A stretch of DNA of 64,000 nt, taken from the NCBI GenBank assembly GCA_050273025.1, contig CP158635.1:6696001-6760000 (forward strand), written 5' to 3'. The DNA comes from Cenococcum geophilum. Lineage: Eukaryota. Shown in pieces: positions 49,740-63,222 of the stretch (the stretch's first letter is position 1; every line of letters begins with the position of its first letter). A program made the translations under genes and the position numbers. The notes beneath the pieces were generated by a model, which was not told the DNA's origin, made no database searches, and saw only the letters and a program-made list of their open reading frames with translations.

Positions 49740-52700
49740 TATGGTAATAGATAAAACGGCTCTTTCTATTCTCGCCGCTGGAGTAGTAATAGCCATTTGT
49801 CCTTCCGTAGCCCAACCTTAAGAGACTTATCCCACTTACGCGTGCGGGCATTTACGATATTTAAAGCTTTCCCCCCTCCTATTCAGGTCATTCCTTTGCC
49901 TCTAGGGAGCTACTACCCACAGCTGCCGATTGACGGGATCTGTAGGAATTACTACGTTAGTAATACTGCCTACTTTATTTTTTTAGGAGAGTTCTTCCCA
50001 GAGCAATAGCGCCTGGTCCCTCGCCGCTGCAAGTTCCCTTGTATTACTGGACGGCTCCTAGTCACCTTACGTCTTATTTTATTTTAGCCGATGACCCTGC
50101 TTAATTATACGGACATCCTCTCCCCGAAATGGGCTATATGCTATTAGCCCTAAGTACCTTAAGTTACAGAATTTGTAACTTAATCCCTGTCGGCACAGCT
50201 ATAAATGGCTATAGGACTGTGCTGAGAACCGCCTAGCTATAGATTATATGGGTTATAGCTACTGCAAGCTGCGGATATGTTAGGTAGTGTTATATTACAG
50301 CGTTATAATAAAGGCAAAGCTAGACACTAAAGTGGGTCCTTAGCGAAATAACCATAGGTTAATACTAATTACTTAGCTTGGTTAAAGCTGCGCCGCCGGA
50401 AGCTAGAAGCCTTTGCCCTCCTTAGCGCCTTCTTTACCTAGACTTAGATTTTACTTTTGCCTAATAATTAGAGGATTAAATTGCAATCGGATAAGCCGCC
50501 GGGCTTTAGTCTGATTTAGTCCCCTATTTAGCTAAAAAGGTATAAGTTATATAGAAACATTCCTTATATGGACCTAAGACTTATAAGGCGGAATCTAGAG
50601 GTAAACGGCCTATCCGGTAGCATAGCCTGGCGTCTAGTGGAGTTAGTATTATAATCTTACTCTTAGCTAACAAATACTAGAGGAAAATTTATGTATTTAA
50701 TCTCCTAACGGAGACGGACTTTATACGGTGGCTGCATTAGCTAAAAGGGCGTAGTGAGATGGATATAGGTATAATCGCCTGATCTACTCGCGCTATCTGC
50801 CCCCTTATGTCGTTTATGATATCCGGTTATAGAAAAGAGTAAAAGCAAGGCTTTTGCGCATATTTAGGAGGTTAAGGAGCGGCTGTAAGCTCTATACTAT
50901 AACTAAGGATCCTAGGGAGAGATCTAAGGATGCCCTTATTACTTAAAGTGTCTTTTAATACTTACAATAAAATCGCGGCACGCCCCCTACCTGTTTAACC
51001 CTAGGAACCATAGTCTCGTAGAGGATCTAGTACGGAAGATTTAGTTTGCCGGTATAATCGGGTTAGAAAACGGACACATTAGCGCTAGCCCTAACTCTAA
51101 GGAATAAGGGCAGAGGAGGCATTTTACCACTAACCTCCTTAATAAGGAGGCTTGGTGCGATACCCCTATTAGAGGCTAAATATACTAGCTTAGTTAGTTA
51201 GGTCTTAATCGCAGTTTCCTAATAGGCGTTAATCTTATAATAGAGTTTAAGCCCATATAAACCTTTATGTGTTATGAACGGTAATTGCTAATAGAGTGTA
51301 GATTACACGTTTTAATTCGCTATTAAGCTAGTGGGGTTATTTTAGTATAGATGCTGCGGATATAAGCTAGTGGCGAAGAGGGGACTAGCTTGGACTTAAA
51401 AGCCCAGCGTAACCCGTCCTTTAGAGCTATTAGAAAGGTATAAGGCAATAACAACTCTAATAATAATAGCGGTAGCAACTATGGCATCTTCTTAACCCCT
51501 TCATTTTTATTTAGAAATTTTACTTAATAATATTAATTTCTATACTGCACCCCCTAAAAAACCGAAGGCTTCTTAGTATTATATGATTATAGCTTTTAAG
51601 GCAAATGTAAATAACATACCTAAAAAGAGGAGGACAAAAAAGGGAAGAGTACCTCGCTTCCCTCTAAGAGATGATCCTGTAAAATATTTAGGCTAGTTGC
51701 GCTTAGGCAAGTTATTCTATATTGCCTTTTTTAAATAATCCACCTAATAAGGCACCCGCAGATCCTAAAGCTTTTAATAAGTATAAAGATATTTATAAGA
51801 ATAAAAGTAACAGCCAAGACGCTAGAGGAAGCAATTAAGGTAATTTAGTAATTATCCCCTCCTTCTTTTCCTAATAACTATAAATATATCTAACGGCCAG
51901 CAGCGAATCTAATATTTATTAAAGATAATACAGCCAACCTAGACTTGGAACCCGAAGCCAAAGGCAATAAAGCCGGCAATACTAGCAATAAAGCTGATAA
52001 AGCCGGCGATTAACTAGTATCTTATAAGTCGGGTATGTACTTCCCCCCTATATAACGGCCTTGCTTAACAATTATTAGGTGACGGAAATAACCGCAGCGA
52101 TAAGGACGGCGAGGATAAGGAGCTACCTTCTTTAGAGGAGCTAGAAGATCTCTTTAGCGTATCTACGTATAACTATCTTAATCCTACAGCAGAAGACATT
52201 AATAAAATGGATAGCCTAGCTAAGGGAATTAATGTTACGGCTGTCCCCTAGGCTATACAGAAGTTAGAGACCTACGTAGTAACTAACTAACACTCAATAG
52301 CCAATGATGCGGATGATATTAGTAAGTTACGGATATTAAAAATATTATTACTATAACCTAATAACCATAATATATAGATAATCCGCTTATTGGAAAGGAG
52401 GGCAATTATAAAAAAGAAAGCACGGGAGGCAAATTATTCTTAATACTAAGGAAGCGGAAGCTTAATCAGCTTGAGCGGGACGGCGTTATTAATTATAATT
52501 CTAATAACTCTGCTAAAGATAGTAGCGGGGGTGGTAAGGGCGGCGAGGGTAGTAATAGTCTACGTCCCTAGAAGCAATAAAGGCCACCCGCCTTTTATAA
52601 AGACTTACCTTCTAGTCCTCCTATCCCTGTCCTTGACCTTAACTCTTAATACCCGCAAGTTAACTAGCAAGTAGTATTTACTCCATGGCCCGCCAGCCCT

Positions 52701-53120
52701 TCGCTTTAGAAGTCTACCCTTCTCTACGGTATTAAACTACCGCATAATAAGGCTAGCAGTCATATTTATAATAAGGATGAGGATAGTAATAGCGATGGCG
52801 TCGCCAATAACTAGAGCGACGTTTTAAACCCAGAGCCTACTATAAAGCGCTGTACCCGGGCTAAAAAAGATAAAATTAATGAAATAAACTTGGGTAATAA
52901 ATGGGAGATTAACGATATTCTAGGGGAAAGAATGACTAAGTTAGGGCGCGAATATAAGGTGGCTTAGAAGCCCACCTAGGTTTATAAGGGCGGGCTTTTA
53001 AATTCTAAAGATGCCCTTAAGTCTTACTAAAGACGCGTCCGGTATGCTAAGGTTGGATTACTATAGGTGCACTCTATGAAAGTAAAGGGTAGAGCTGCCG
53101 TGCGCAAGGGACGGAGGTAA
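49740..53120 (+). pseudogene. RIPed multi-exon gene(s) ending in a chromodomain
   Basis: KWEINDILGERMTKLGREYKVA*KPT*VYKGGLLNSKDALKSY at ~52900-53030 (TAG where chromodomains have W). Upstream are protein-like frames with intron signals and acidic linkers. N-terminal family not recognised. Confidence 0.6.
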
Positions 53121-53649
53121 TAGTTTAGGATATCCTCGTTCTTAGATAGTGGTGCTCTTTTTAGCTTAAAGGTCTATTTCTAGTTTAGTATTTTTATCCT
53201 TAGCGTATTTAGCAGGAGCATCTTATAATTTCCAGTTTAATAGATTTAAATTCTTTATACGCTCTACACGATATACAGCAGTAAAACTCTAATTACCGCC
53301 CTACGTAAGCCATATTCTCGCTTAGCTAGTTATATTATACCATATTTCTATAGTCTTAATGCTACTCTAATTAAGAACACTTTAGCATTCTGGCTTATCT
53401 CCCCTGGCGGCTTATACGGATCACTTTACATCCTACCTTTCGCTTATTCTATATTATTAGTGCGCCAAAAAACGACTGCTATAAGCCCTACTAAAGGACT
53501 AATGAAATATACCTCTTAGCCTAAGAGAATTCCAACTAATTTCCAACCAATTTCTACTTAAATCCTCCCTTAAATCCTCTACTTAAATCCCTCCTCTACT
53601 ATCCAACTTAAAATCTTTTTAGGATAACCTCCTTCTCTCCTTAATAAAC

Positions 53650-54330
53650 CTAACACTATAGCATTAATCTAGGCATCGTAACAAAATTAGCACCAACTAT
53701 TACTAATTAATAGCGCTATAACTAAACTCCTTATAACTATTAAGATAATTAAACTCCGGGAAGGCGTAAAGCCTTATAAGCGTAAACGTATCTAAGAAGC
53801 CTTTAATATACTTATAAAGCTAGTAGAGCCTCCTAGCTTAAAAACGGGTAAGAGGCAGGAGAGCTACTAGCATTTCCTAAGGAGGATTAACAATAACTAT
53901 AGTCCTTAAATAGTAATAATTAGTGCTATTAGGCTTAGGTAATTAACCATTATAAGTATAAGGGAGCATAATAGACTCCGCCTCCCTTTAGAGATTAAGG
54001 AAAATAAAAAAGCCTTAGAATCCCTAATTCTTTAAACGTTGGCAGAGGAATATACCACAAAAGGTTAAAAAGTCCTACTTTAATAATACCTAATAGCTAA
54101 CCAAACTAGTCCTATTAAGTATGTACGGTACTACAAAAAACTAAATAGCTATTACTATGCGGGCGTCTTAACAGACCGCGGATACTCTACTACTATAGCC
54201 TATAAAATTGGATCGGTTAGCCGCGCCAAAGCTAAGCTCTCTAGACACACGTAAGTAACCTCATACTAAGCATTTAAAGGCCTCTAATCCTATACCTCTA
54301 TTAGGCGTCACTAAATCTAAGGAAGGATAT
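53650..54330 (+). pseudogene. RIPed hypothetical gene (approximate limits)
   Basis: Frame KIIKLREGVKPYKRKRI*EAFNIL...KRQESY*HFLRRIN...LRLPLEIKENKKALES, broken only by TAA/TAG. Confidence 0.5.
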
Positions 54331-54439
54331 AAAGAATAATAGCTTTAGGGCGAGCAGTTAAGTATATAAGATATTCCTTATTAGGCAAATATTTACTACT
54401 AACTAATATTTGCCTTAGACTTATTTTCTAGGTGGGTTT

Positions 54440-55280
54440 TTTAGCTGATATTATAAGACGTTTAAGCTATTATTATATCTAACTAAGTCCGGGGTAAAGT
54501 ACGGTTAACGGAACTATACCGAAACCACTTGTTCCCATTTATGATAATAGCTATCTTAAAGGCAATATATAACTACTTTAGTGAATAATGTTACCGTCTT
54601 ATATAAGGTATCCACATGCGAATATAGAATTAGCCTATTTCTTTACGGTATATTTAATTTTAATGGCCCTAAGGGAACGGTAGTACTATCTAGCTTCCTA
54701 CAATAATATTACTAATCTATTACCATTCTTACTGTCTTCTATCCTAACTATACCAATAAAAATATTTCCCTATTTATTATCCGATTTCTAATGGATGTTA
54801 AGAGAGCTACCGACGCTAGAGATATTGATAATAACGGCCATAGTGTTTTTGGGTGGGGAGGTCTAATATATGGTTTTAGTGGAGGGGCCAGACTCAATTT
54901 AGCACTTGTTGCAATTTAGCTACTTAAAAATTAGTCTATAACACAATTATTCCTAACTAGACTATAAAGAGAAACCTGCCTCTATCTTATATATTTCTAT
55001 AAGTTCGCTATCCGTTAAAGACTTTAATGCCTTAATTATATACACTATATCCTAGTCGGTAATGCGCTTTACGCTTTTTAGTCAGCTAAAAGTAATTAAG
55101 TGCCCCTGGGGATATTATAGCGCGGGAGTTAGAGATATAGCCAAATATCCGAAATATAGAAGGTGAGGATATTTAAGAAGTTTAGATCTTGCGCAAGAAT
55201 AAGAGCTCTATAGATGTAAGTATATAAAATGTTACAAATTTTCCGTAGCCCCGATATGCTCCGAATTCGCTAGATGGTAT
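54440..55280 (-). pseudogene. RIPed hypothetical gene (approximate limits)
   Basis: Long frame SVKRITD*DIVYIIKALKSLTDSELIE...FACGYLI*DGNIIH...GTSGFGIVPLTVLYPGL with only RIP-type stops. Confidence 0.45.
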
Positions 55281-55599
55281 ATAGCTGCGTCCGCGACTAC
55301 GCCTAGATTTACTAGCCCTCGGTACCATCCTATAAAGGGATATATATATTATATTAGTGAAAATTATAGCAGTGCTGCCTAATAACTAGTAAGATTGCCT
55401 TACGCCCGCCCGATTGCGGTATAGTAGGGCATTAGCTCATGCATATATGATATAGAAAGTTGCCTACCTAAACTAAGCACAGTTACTAAGCTATACTCTA
55501 GGCACGTAAGACTCCGCCTATTAGTTAGGCACTTATTAGAAGGAAGAGTGCGATTTAAATACGTATATATAAGCAAAAAAGAGAATTAACCGCTTTGCT

Positions 55600-56400
55600 C
55601 TCCTTAAGAAACAGTTTTTTGGATATAGTCGCTTGTAAAACTAGCTTCACCTCTAACCGCGCAGCTGAGATTTTAGCCCGCCTTGCTTAGGAGTTACTTT
55701 ACCTAACTAAGTTAAGTAAATGCTCTTACCCTTATATAATTACTCTATTAGTTATAGGGCCCGCTATTAGCACTAATAGTTAGGGGCTAGTCTTGGCACC
55801 TAGGCGTTCCGCCCACTAAAATAGAATACCTAAATTAGTAAGGGGTAGGTTTTGGTTACTCTTTAAAGGAGGGTTTTCCGGCTATAAAAAACAAGCATTT
55901 AAAGTAATAATGTCACGGCATACCTAGCGATAATGCCCCTTTAAATAAATTAAACAAAAGTTATATTACGCATTTAGCTATAACAGGGGGGATAATCTAT
56001 TAAGCACCGCTGTGCTATTACTAAGTTATATCTAGGAGCTTCTTAAGGCCTGCAGTATATCTAAATTCTATATCTTAATGTCTCCTATCCTTCCTATAAT
56101 ATTTTCTTGGTAAATATCTCTTAGTAGGTCTCACCCCAATTAAGGTTAAGTAGCATCTCCTTTAAATATTAAACTTTCTCCGGATCGTTATAAGCGTTAT
56201 AGTAATTAATAAGGTTTTGGAGAGCCTTATCTTCTTTATCGTCCGTTATTAACCCATAGTCTTTAAAATGAGAGTAAATAATATCGCGTTATCTCTCAAA
56301 TTCCTTCTTCTAGTCATCGCTGATTTTACTCTATTTTAGCGTTAGAAGCTAGATTAGTTGCAATATATAAAGCTACAAAAACTTATATATAAAGGCTGGT
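55600..56400 (-). pseudogene. RIPed hypothetical gene (approximate limits)
   Basis: Frame ISDD*KKEFER*RDIIYSHFKDYGLITDDKEDKALQNLINYYNAYNDPEKV*YLKEMLLNLNWGETY*EIF. Confidence 0.4.
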
Positions 56401-57227
56401 AATTATTCTATATATTATATATGGAACACATTACTGGGGATATAATTTCGTAGATGTTAGAAACGCTAGGGGAGTGTTCTTAGAGCCAAGCGTATAACTA
56501 TCTTTAATTAACCGTATGCCGTATCCTTAACCTTAACTTAGATAAATTAAAAAACTAAAAATATTAAAGAGCGAAGAGATTTGTATAAAAGTATGTATAG
56601 GTCTAAAATCGGAGGCTTTAAATAACCTAGAAAACGAGAATAGAACGCTAATTGCCTGCAAAAAAATTCATTAGCGGGCTATTATAGGTATAGAGGCGTT
56701 TGGATAGCTAAGCTAGTAAGTACTGGAGTGCTAGGGAGATAAATTAGCCGCTTATTTAATGCTTTTCTAGTAAGAATCCAGCCAGAGGCATAGAGAGGCG
56801 GTAATTGCATTGCATATGCACATATACGGCCATTTATTATGCTCCGCCTTACCTTTGGCATTTAGGAACCGTTAGAGAACCATTAAAAAACTATTAGAAA
56901 ACCACCGGAATAATACTAAAATTAAGTTGGGAGGCTATTAGCAGTTAAAGCGACTACTTAAACCCGTTTCCTTGCAACGGCGCCTTGTATTAATTATGCC
57001 TTCTATAATTAGATTAGGCGATGTCTTTTTTTTAAGCTTACTCTAGTACTAGAGCTAAGATCCTATATATAAGCTAATAAGCACGTATACTATAGCTTTA
57101 TTTACTATAACGGAGACAATATTAATGTATATTAACTAAAGCCTACTAGGATTAATTAGGGAAGGTAGCCTATTACTAAAAGAGAGGTATAGATATACCC
57201 GTGGCACAGCTTATATTATATAAGAAA

Positions 57228-59929
57228 ATGGCAGATCTGGCCTAAAAAACAATACCATCTAGCTCCTCTTTCCACTTAGCTCTTTCTTTAGATTAGTATT
57301 ACGTTACTAAAGCTTTATAGAGTAACAATACCAGTTATATCTAAGCCCATTACGCCAGCGCCTTTACTGCCTTGTAATAGCATAAACACCCCCCCTAATA
57401 GCCCAAGCCGAACGTATCTGTATCATAAGCAGTTAGCGCAGTATACAATTGAAATATTTGCGGCTGTGTTAAAGATAGTCTAAGCGACTTAACCTTCTCC
57501 ACCTCCTCCACCTCCTCCACCTCCTCCACCTCCTCCACCTCCTCCACCTCCTCCACCTCCTCCACCTCCTCCACCTCCTCCACCTCCTCCACCTCCTCCA
57601 CCTCCTCCACCTCCTCCACCTCCCCTACCTTCCCCTACGAGTTTAGGGGTTAAAGAGATACCTAAAGTGAGGGGTTCTAAGGTTAAAGTTAAGGTATTAA
57701 ATAAGATATATGCTTACGAAATCCTTAAAACATACTTGGAAATACACTAATATAGCGTCTGCTATAGCTGGGATAAATAAAGCTGCCAATATAAGACTAT
57801 AGAGACTTCACCGGATACGTTAAGTAAGCGTGATATATATAATTAGTATATTTATATCCTTTGGAAGAAATTTAGTCTATCTCTTAGGTGCCTTTAAATA
57901 TATTAACTTAGATACTAACTTTAAGCTAGATAAGGATAAGAAAGACTGTAACACGTACCTAGGCATAAATTTAGAAGAAGTGAGAAACGCCTTATAGGTG
58001 GTACTAAACGGCGTATAAGCTATCTTCCTTTAGAAAGACAAGCCTATAGTAAGTGAACCTTTTTATAAATATAGCTTATTCTAATTTAACTTCTAAATTC
58101 CTATAAACCTTATATTTAATTTCCTACCCCAGTTAAAAATATACTAGAAGAGCCTTTTTCTTAACTTAATTGGCGCTAGGCACCTTTAGGGGTTACTAAG
58201 ATTCCTTAAAGACCATTTCGCGTCTATAATCAATAGTGTCCTACCGCTTCTAGACCATGGCAAAATTAATTTTAATCTTCTTTAGGCCTTATTTAAACCA
58301 AATACGCACGTCCTTATAATTTGCGAAGGCTCGGATTAACTAAGATGCCTTATATATAATTTAGGTAACTTTAAAACCTTACTTTATAGCGAAAAGAGCT
58401 TTAAACTTAACTGTTACTATTTTGGCTATAATAGGAAGGCGTTTAGCAAGGTAAAAACCACCCTCTTTATTCTGGAATTCCGTTTAACTATAAAAATTAT
58501 GTTTCTTAAGGTATTTCCGTTGGAGCGTTATAAGAGATAAGCCGAGATAAAGTAGGATCTTATTAGTAATGGCCGGAAGTTTATATCTTTAAGAGGTATT
58601 AACCACCATAAATATAAAGGGATCGCCTTTTTCTAGACTAAAGATAGCCCGTTAAGATTTTCTATAAGTGGTCGTATTATAGTAGACGTAATAGCATTTT
58701 ATTGTTAGAATCCTAACTATAGCAAGCAGCTAATCGTTATAGATGTGTACGGAATTAGCGTATATGATTAAGGGACTAATTAGCAAGGTAACGTAAAGAA
58801 TTAGGGTTTAGTTCCTAAGGAGATAGGAGATAATAAGTACCTAATCTATCCACCAATAGCCCTAGCCTTTAGTTTAGCGGATAAAAAATAGGGTTAGGCT
58901 TTCTACGCACTCTTTTCCTAGAGCTAGCGAATTATATATACTAATATAAGCACTAATAGGTAAATTTGCCGTTGTTAACATTAAGGACATTAAATAGAAT
59001 CCCTTAGCATTTAAGTTACTCGTAATTAAGGAGGATAAAAAAATGGTGCTTTAAGGACTTATAAAGAGCTACTAGTCTAGGTCCAGGAAATTAAAGTTTA
59101 ATAATATAATTAAAGGGAAGAGGAAAGGCCTAGTCTTCTTACTATAGTAAGTTTTCTAGTAAGGCACTAGCTATTTTAAAGGCTAACCGTTTCAGTGGCC
59201 CACCTAGGGTAGGAAAGACATTAACAGCTAAAGCGCTTGCTAAATCTTAGAGAAGACCCCTTTATATGGTTTGTTCCCTTTTATAAGTGTATTTATATAC
59301 CAGTCTAACTATAAGAAGGCTTATATAGGAGACCTTAATACGGATCTAGCCCGTTTGGAACAAAACCTAGCCCTAATAGTTAAAAACGTTTACTGCTAGA
59401 ACGCTGTCCTTCTTATAGATAAGGCTAATGTCTTTCTTACTAAAAGAACTTTAAATAATGTTTAACGTAATAGCCTAGTATCCGTCTTTCTATAATAGAT
59501 AGAGTATTCCTAAGGCATTATATTTCTTATAACAAATAGAATTACTGTATTTAATGCAGCTATATAGAGCAGAATATATCTTATACTTAGATATAACGAG
59601 CTAAAGAAACCGGCAAGAGAGTAGGTGTAAAAGACCTTCTTAGAGCGAGCCGATGCTCCTAATATCTCTAGAAAAGATATAGAGCGGCTTTTGGACCATA
59701 AATTAAACGGAAGATAGGTAAGGCAATGTTTAAGCGAAAGTTATAAGCCTAGCGCTAATATATACTATATTAGATTAAGAACGCCATATAGACTAGTTAC
59801 GGCTTAGCTAAAAGTAAGAAAGAGAAATTTATATATAAGCATTTAAGAATAGCTCTTACGTTAAACCAGGATTTTAAGAGTAACTTTAAAGGCGTAGGAT
59901 TAGTTAAGAATTTAAACTCGTATACATAG
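57228..59929 (+). pseudogene. Fungal AAA+ ATPase (GKGxGLxxLLHGPPGVGKT type), RIP-inactivated, multi-intron
   Basis: IIKGKRKGLVFLL-intron-GPPRVGKTLTAKALA (Walker A, ~59197), NAVLLIDKANVFL (Walker B), RNSLVSVFL, IFLITNR, SRIYL, LNGR*-intron-IKNA. Start approximate. Confidence 0.88.
57493..57618 (+). repeat. (CCTCCTCCA)13 plus one imperfect unit; polyproline in the + frame
   Basis: 13 perfect 9-mers at 57502-57618. Confidence 0.95.
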
Positions 59930-60149
59930 ATTCACTTATATATATACAGCATCAGCAAATACGTTTTATAGAACTTATAGCTGGTAGCATTAGTATTTAT
60001 TACTTTCTTAAAATTGCGATTGTAGATAGCTTCTATTCCTATAAGGACATGAGCCCATATACTTATTTGCTCCTATAACAATAAGGCCTATATGGTAGGC
60101 TATGATGCGGGCGAATTACTTATAGATTTAAGAACGGGAGAACGGGAGC

Positions 60150-60535
60150 CGCAGGGGATTAGTTCCCATAGGGGAGTAGCGGATATAGCTAATGGCCCCC
60201 GTAGGGGAGCAAAAGCCGCATGGGAATATAAGCTATAGGGGATTGGTTCCTATAGGGCGGCGGAACACGTAGATATTGGTACCTATAGGGGATTCGTTAG
60301 AGTAAGGGATTTATTAGAGCAGGGGGTTTATTAGTATAGGGGATTCATTAGCGTAGGGGATTTATTAGCGTAGGGGATTTATTAGAGTAGGGGACTAGAT
60401 CCTGTAGGGGATTTATTAAAATAGGGGACTAGTTCCCATAGGGCGGCGAAACACGTGGGCATTAGCTCCTGTAGGGGATTTGTTTAAGTAGGGGACTTAT
60501 TTAAATAGGGGATTAGTTAGAGTAGGGGATTAATT
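60150..60535 (+). repeat. 17-bp-based tandem array (GGGGATTYRTTAGMGTA) with longer interspersed units
   Basis: Repeated GGGGATTTATTAGAGTA variants between the convergent AAA and kinase genes. Confidence 0.75.
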
Positions 60536-60819
60536 CTCCTATAGCCTCTATTTAGGCGGCATAAGGCTGCTTCTAATAGGCTAGGGAGTAAATTACGTGT
60601 TTTGTGGAAATATAAAGCCTATATGGGATAGTGGGGTATAGGGACCTAATGATCTGGCGGAAGATTAGGTTATCCGCTTTCCTGGGTTTATTTAGCCTAG
60701 GCAACTCGCCCTATGCTGTTTTATATACGTTTCGACTAAGGCTGCTACCTAGCCTTAGCCGCCCAAATCTCCGTAAAACTTTACTTGTGCGGTAAAAGAG
60801 CAATAAAATATTATTCTAT

Positions 60820-63222
60820 CTACTCTACTAGCACCTTTAGATCCTTCCTTGCTTCCTAAAGCACCTCCTTTATTTAAGAAGGAAGTTTTTTATTCTTTCC
60901 TTTTTGCCTCCTACCGCCTAAAAAGACCACCTTCCGCAATCTATTAACCTAAGAGATTAGTGGCTGATAGTATAGTGAAAAGTTATCACCTACAGTCTTA
61001 AGAAAATCCTCTTTATTAGCTACTGCCCCTTTTTTTATTTTAGCTAGCTCTTCTATATCTATAGAATTTTACTTATTAAACCTATTAACAATGTTGCCTT
61101 TTTTATTAGGTCCATTATAGTAAATATATATCCAGAATAGCACCTAAAAAAACGACTTAAAATTATACTAAGCTAAGTATATCTCGCCTAGGAGTACTTT
61201 AATCGCCATAAACGCTCTTATGCCGGTCTTGCCCCACGCTCCTAAAGGCCCTTCCCGCTACTCCTTAATTATAAAATTAAAGTTAATTAAGAATACCGGC
61301 TAAAAAGGATTATTGTCTTCCTTATTTATTATAAGGTTGCCTATTAAAATATTATATTAGATGATGCTGGCCCGCGTATATAAAGACTTGTATCCTTTAA
61401 TGCCACCCTTTAGTATAGTAAGCATTGCAGCCTAAGAGCTTGCCTCGTAAAGAGGCTTTCCGTAGTCTTTAGTAATAATGCATTAATATACTTAATTTAG
61501 GGTTATAAGGCGCCTTCCGCCTTTAGGCGGAGAGCCTAAACATATACGCTTACTAAGCGGTAATAGGGCGTTGGTGTGGCTAGATAACCTCTTTCTACTA
61601 GAACTTCGGCCTTGCCTTATACTAATTTTCACTCTAGCTGGTTTTGGAGGCATTATTAAGTCTTCTAGCTTATAGTTTGTCGCTCTTATAATATCTAGCC
61701 CCTTACGGACGTTATTGTAAATATTATCTTCTTTACCGCCTATATAAACTGTCTTATAGTAATAGTACCTAGCTACATTAACTACTTCTTTCTCTATTAC
61801 CTTACGTAGCAGTTTGCCTTCTTCCTTACGCTATGGGTACTACCACAAGTTTTTAATAACGAGGGGTATCTTAGAGGTGTCCCCCTTACGGTATACTTTC
61901 TAGTAAGTAGTCGCTTAACTGGCGATATAGCGTGCCCGCTTTATAAGTTTATTAAGGATGAAATACTCGGTCTAATTATTGCGCACGACCTTAATATATC
62001 GCTTACTATCCGATATTAGAATAGTAGGGTTAAACCCAAGCTGCTCCTTATTTATCTAGAGAAATCCCAACATTACTAAGGTAAATTATAGTCCGTCTTT
62101 ATTAATATTAAATAGTAATAATGCGATGCCTCCTACCTGGTTATACTCCTATAGCCGTATAATAGATCTATAGAGGGTAAAGCCTAGAACAAAGTGACGA
62201 GTGTCCTAAGCGGCGAAGACTTCTCTTATATATTTTCCTAAATTAAACCATGCCTACAAAGCTATATTGGTGTTTAAATTACTTTTTAGCTCTTCTAGCA
62301 TAAGTATATGCGACTAATAGCATTAAGAGCTTTTGCTAGCTATTAGATTATCTATAAAACCGATATCTAGCTTTCGCTTTGCTGTAGACCCTTATAAGGG
62401 CTGCTCGGTATATACGATAAGCGTTCGTTATATCTTTAGGGCGGACCTATACTCCTCTATAAAGCCCAAAAATAATTTAATTAGGTTATTAAACCACTCT
62501 AGGATATTAATCTGCTCTGCGCTTTTAGGCCAGTCACGCCAGCCGCCCTTAGCGTATAGTAGATTGTCCCCTTCCTTACATTTCTTAAAAACGGCGGCGC
62601 TTACCTCTTTAAGACCTTTTACTTCCCTAAAGAATGCTTTATATAAGCCAGGAATCCCCATATAAAGAGAGCCTAGCTCCTCCTTTAGAATATAATCTAT
62701 ATATTTCCTATATTTAGACGAGTTAGTAAAGCTGCTTATATTACGTAGATGTGGGGTTTATTAAATATAGAGTGGCAGCGGTTAGGGGGGAGGCGTGGAC
62801 TCTATTATAGTGGTGATAGTATTACTCTAAACGTCCTTATCCGATTCGCGATTGATAACTATTTTTAAGAGAGGGGTGAACCGTTTGATATTAAAGTCAT
62901 TAAAATTAACTAAAGGGAGGAGTTAGAGAAGGTTACTATAAAGAGTGCCGCGGCCAGCGCTAGACGGGAGTAGTTAAGCAGCGAGAAGGTTCTGTAATGC
63001 CAAAATAAGGTCGACTATAAGATTTTTAAGCCCTATGTGTGTTAGAGAGAACCTATAATAGATAAATTAACAATTACCTTTATAGCCTATCTGGCGTAAC
63101 AAGTCCGGAGAGCTAGGGATGCCTAGATCCTAATAAGTTAAGTTAAATAAATTATAAAAGCCATTCAGTCCTTCCCTAATAGGATTAGTTTTAATTATCT
63201 CTAATTTAGAGAGATTTGCTAT
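60820..63222 (-). pseudogene. Fungal-type protein kinase (FunK1 / Pkinase_fungal), RIP-inactivated
   Basis: GSTAKRKLDIGF; VFAA*DTRHFVLGFTL; II*YNILIGNLII (ex-QxDIS.GN); FLINFNF (ex-LIDFDF); GKTGIRAFMAI; YNFKSFF*VLFWI (ex-HDxESFFWVLFWIC). The start ATG is RIPed to ATA at 63222. Confidence 0.9.

Noticed and set aside
49372..51400. Candidate Starship captain (DUF3435 tyrosine recombinase) at the block boundary
   Set aside because: No recognisable tyrosine-recombinase catalytic motifs in the frames I could read; left as unknown.
57395..57619. Poly-EEV ORF
   Set aside because: Antisense reading of the CCTCCTCCA repeat.
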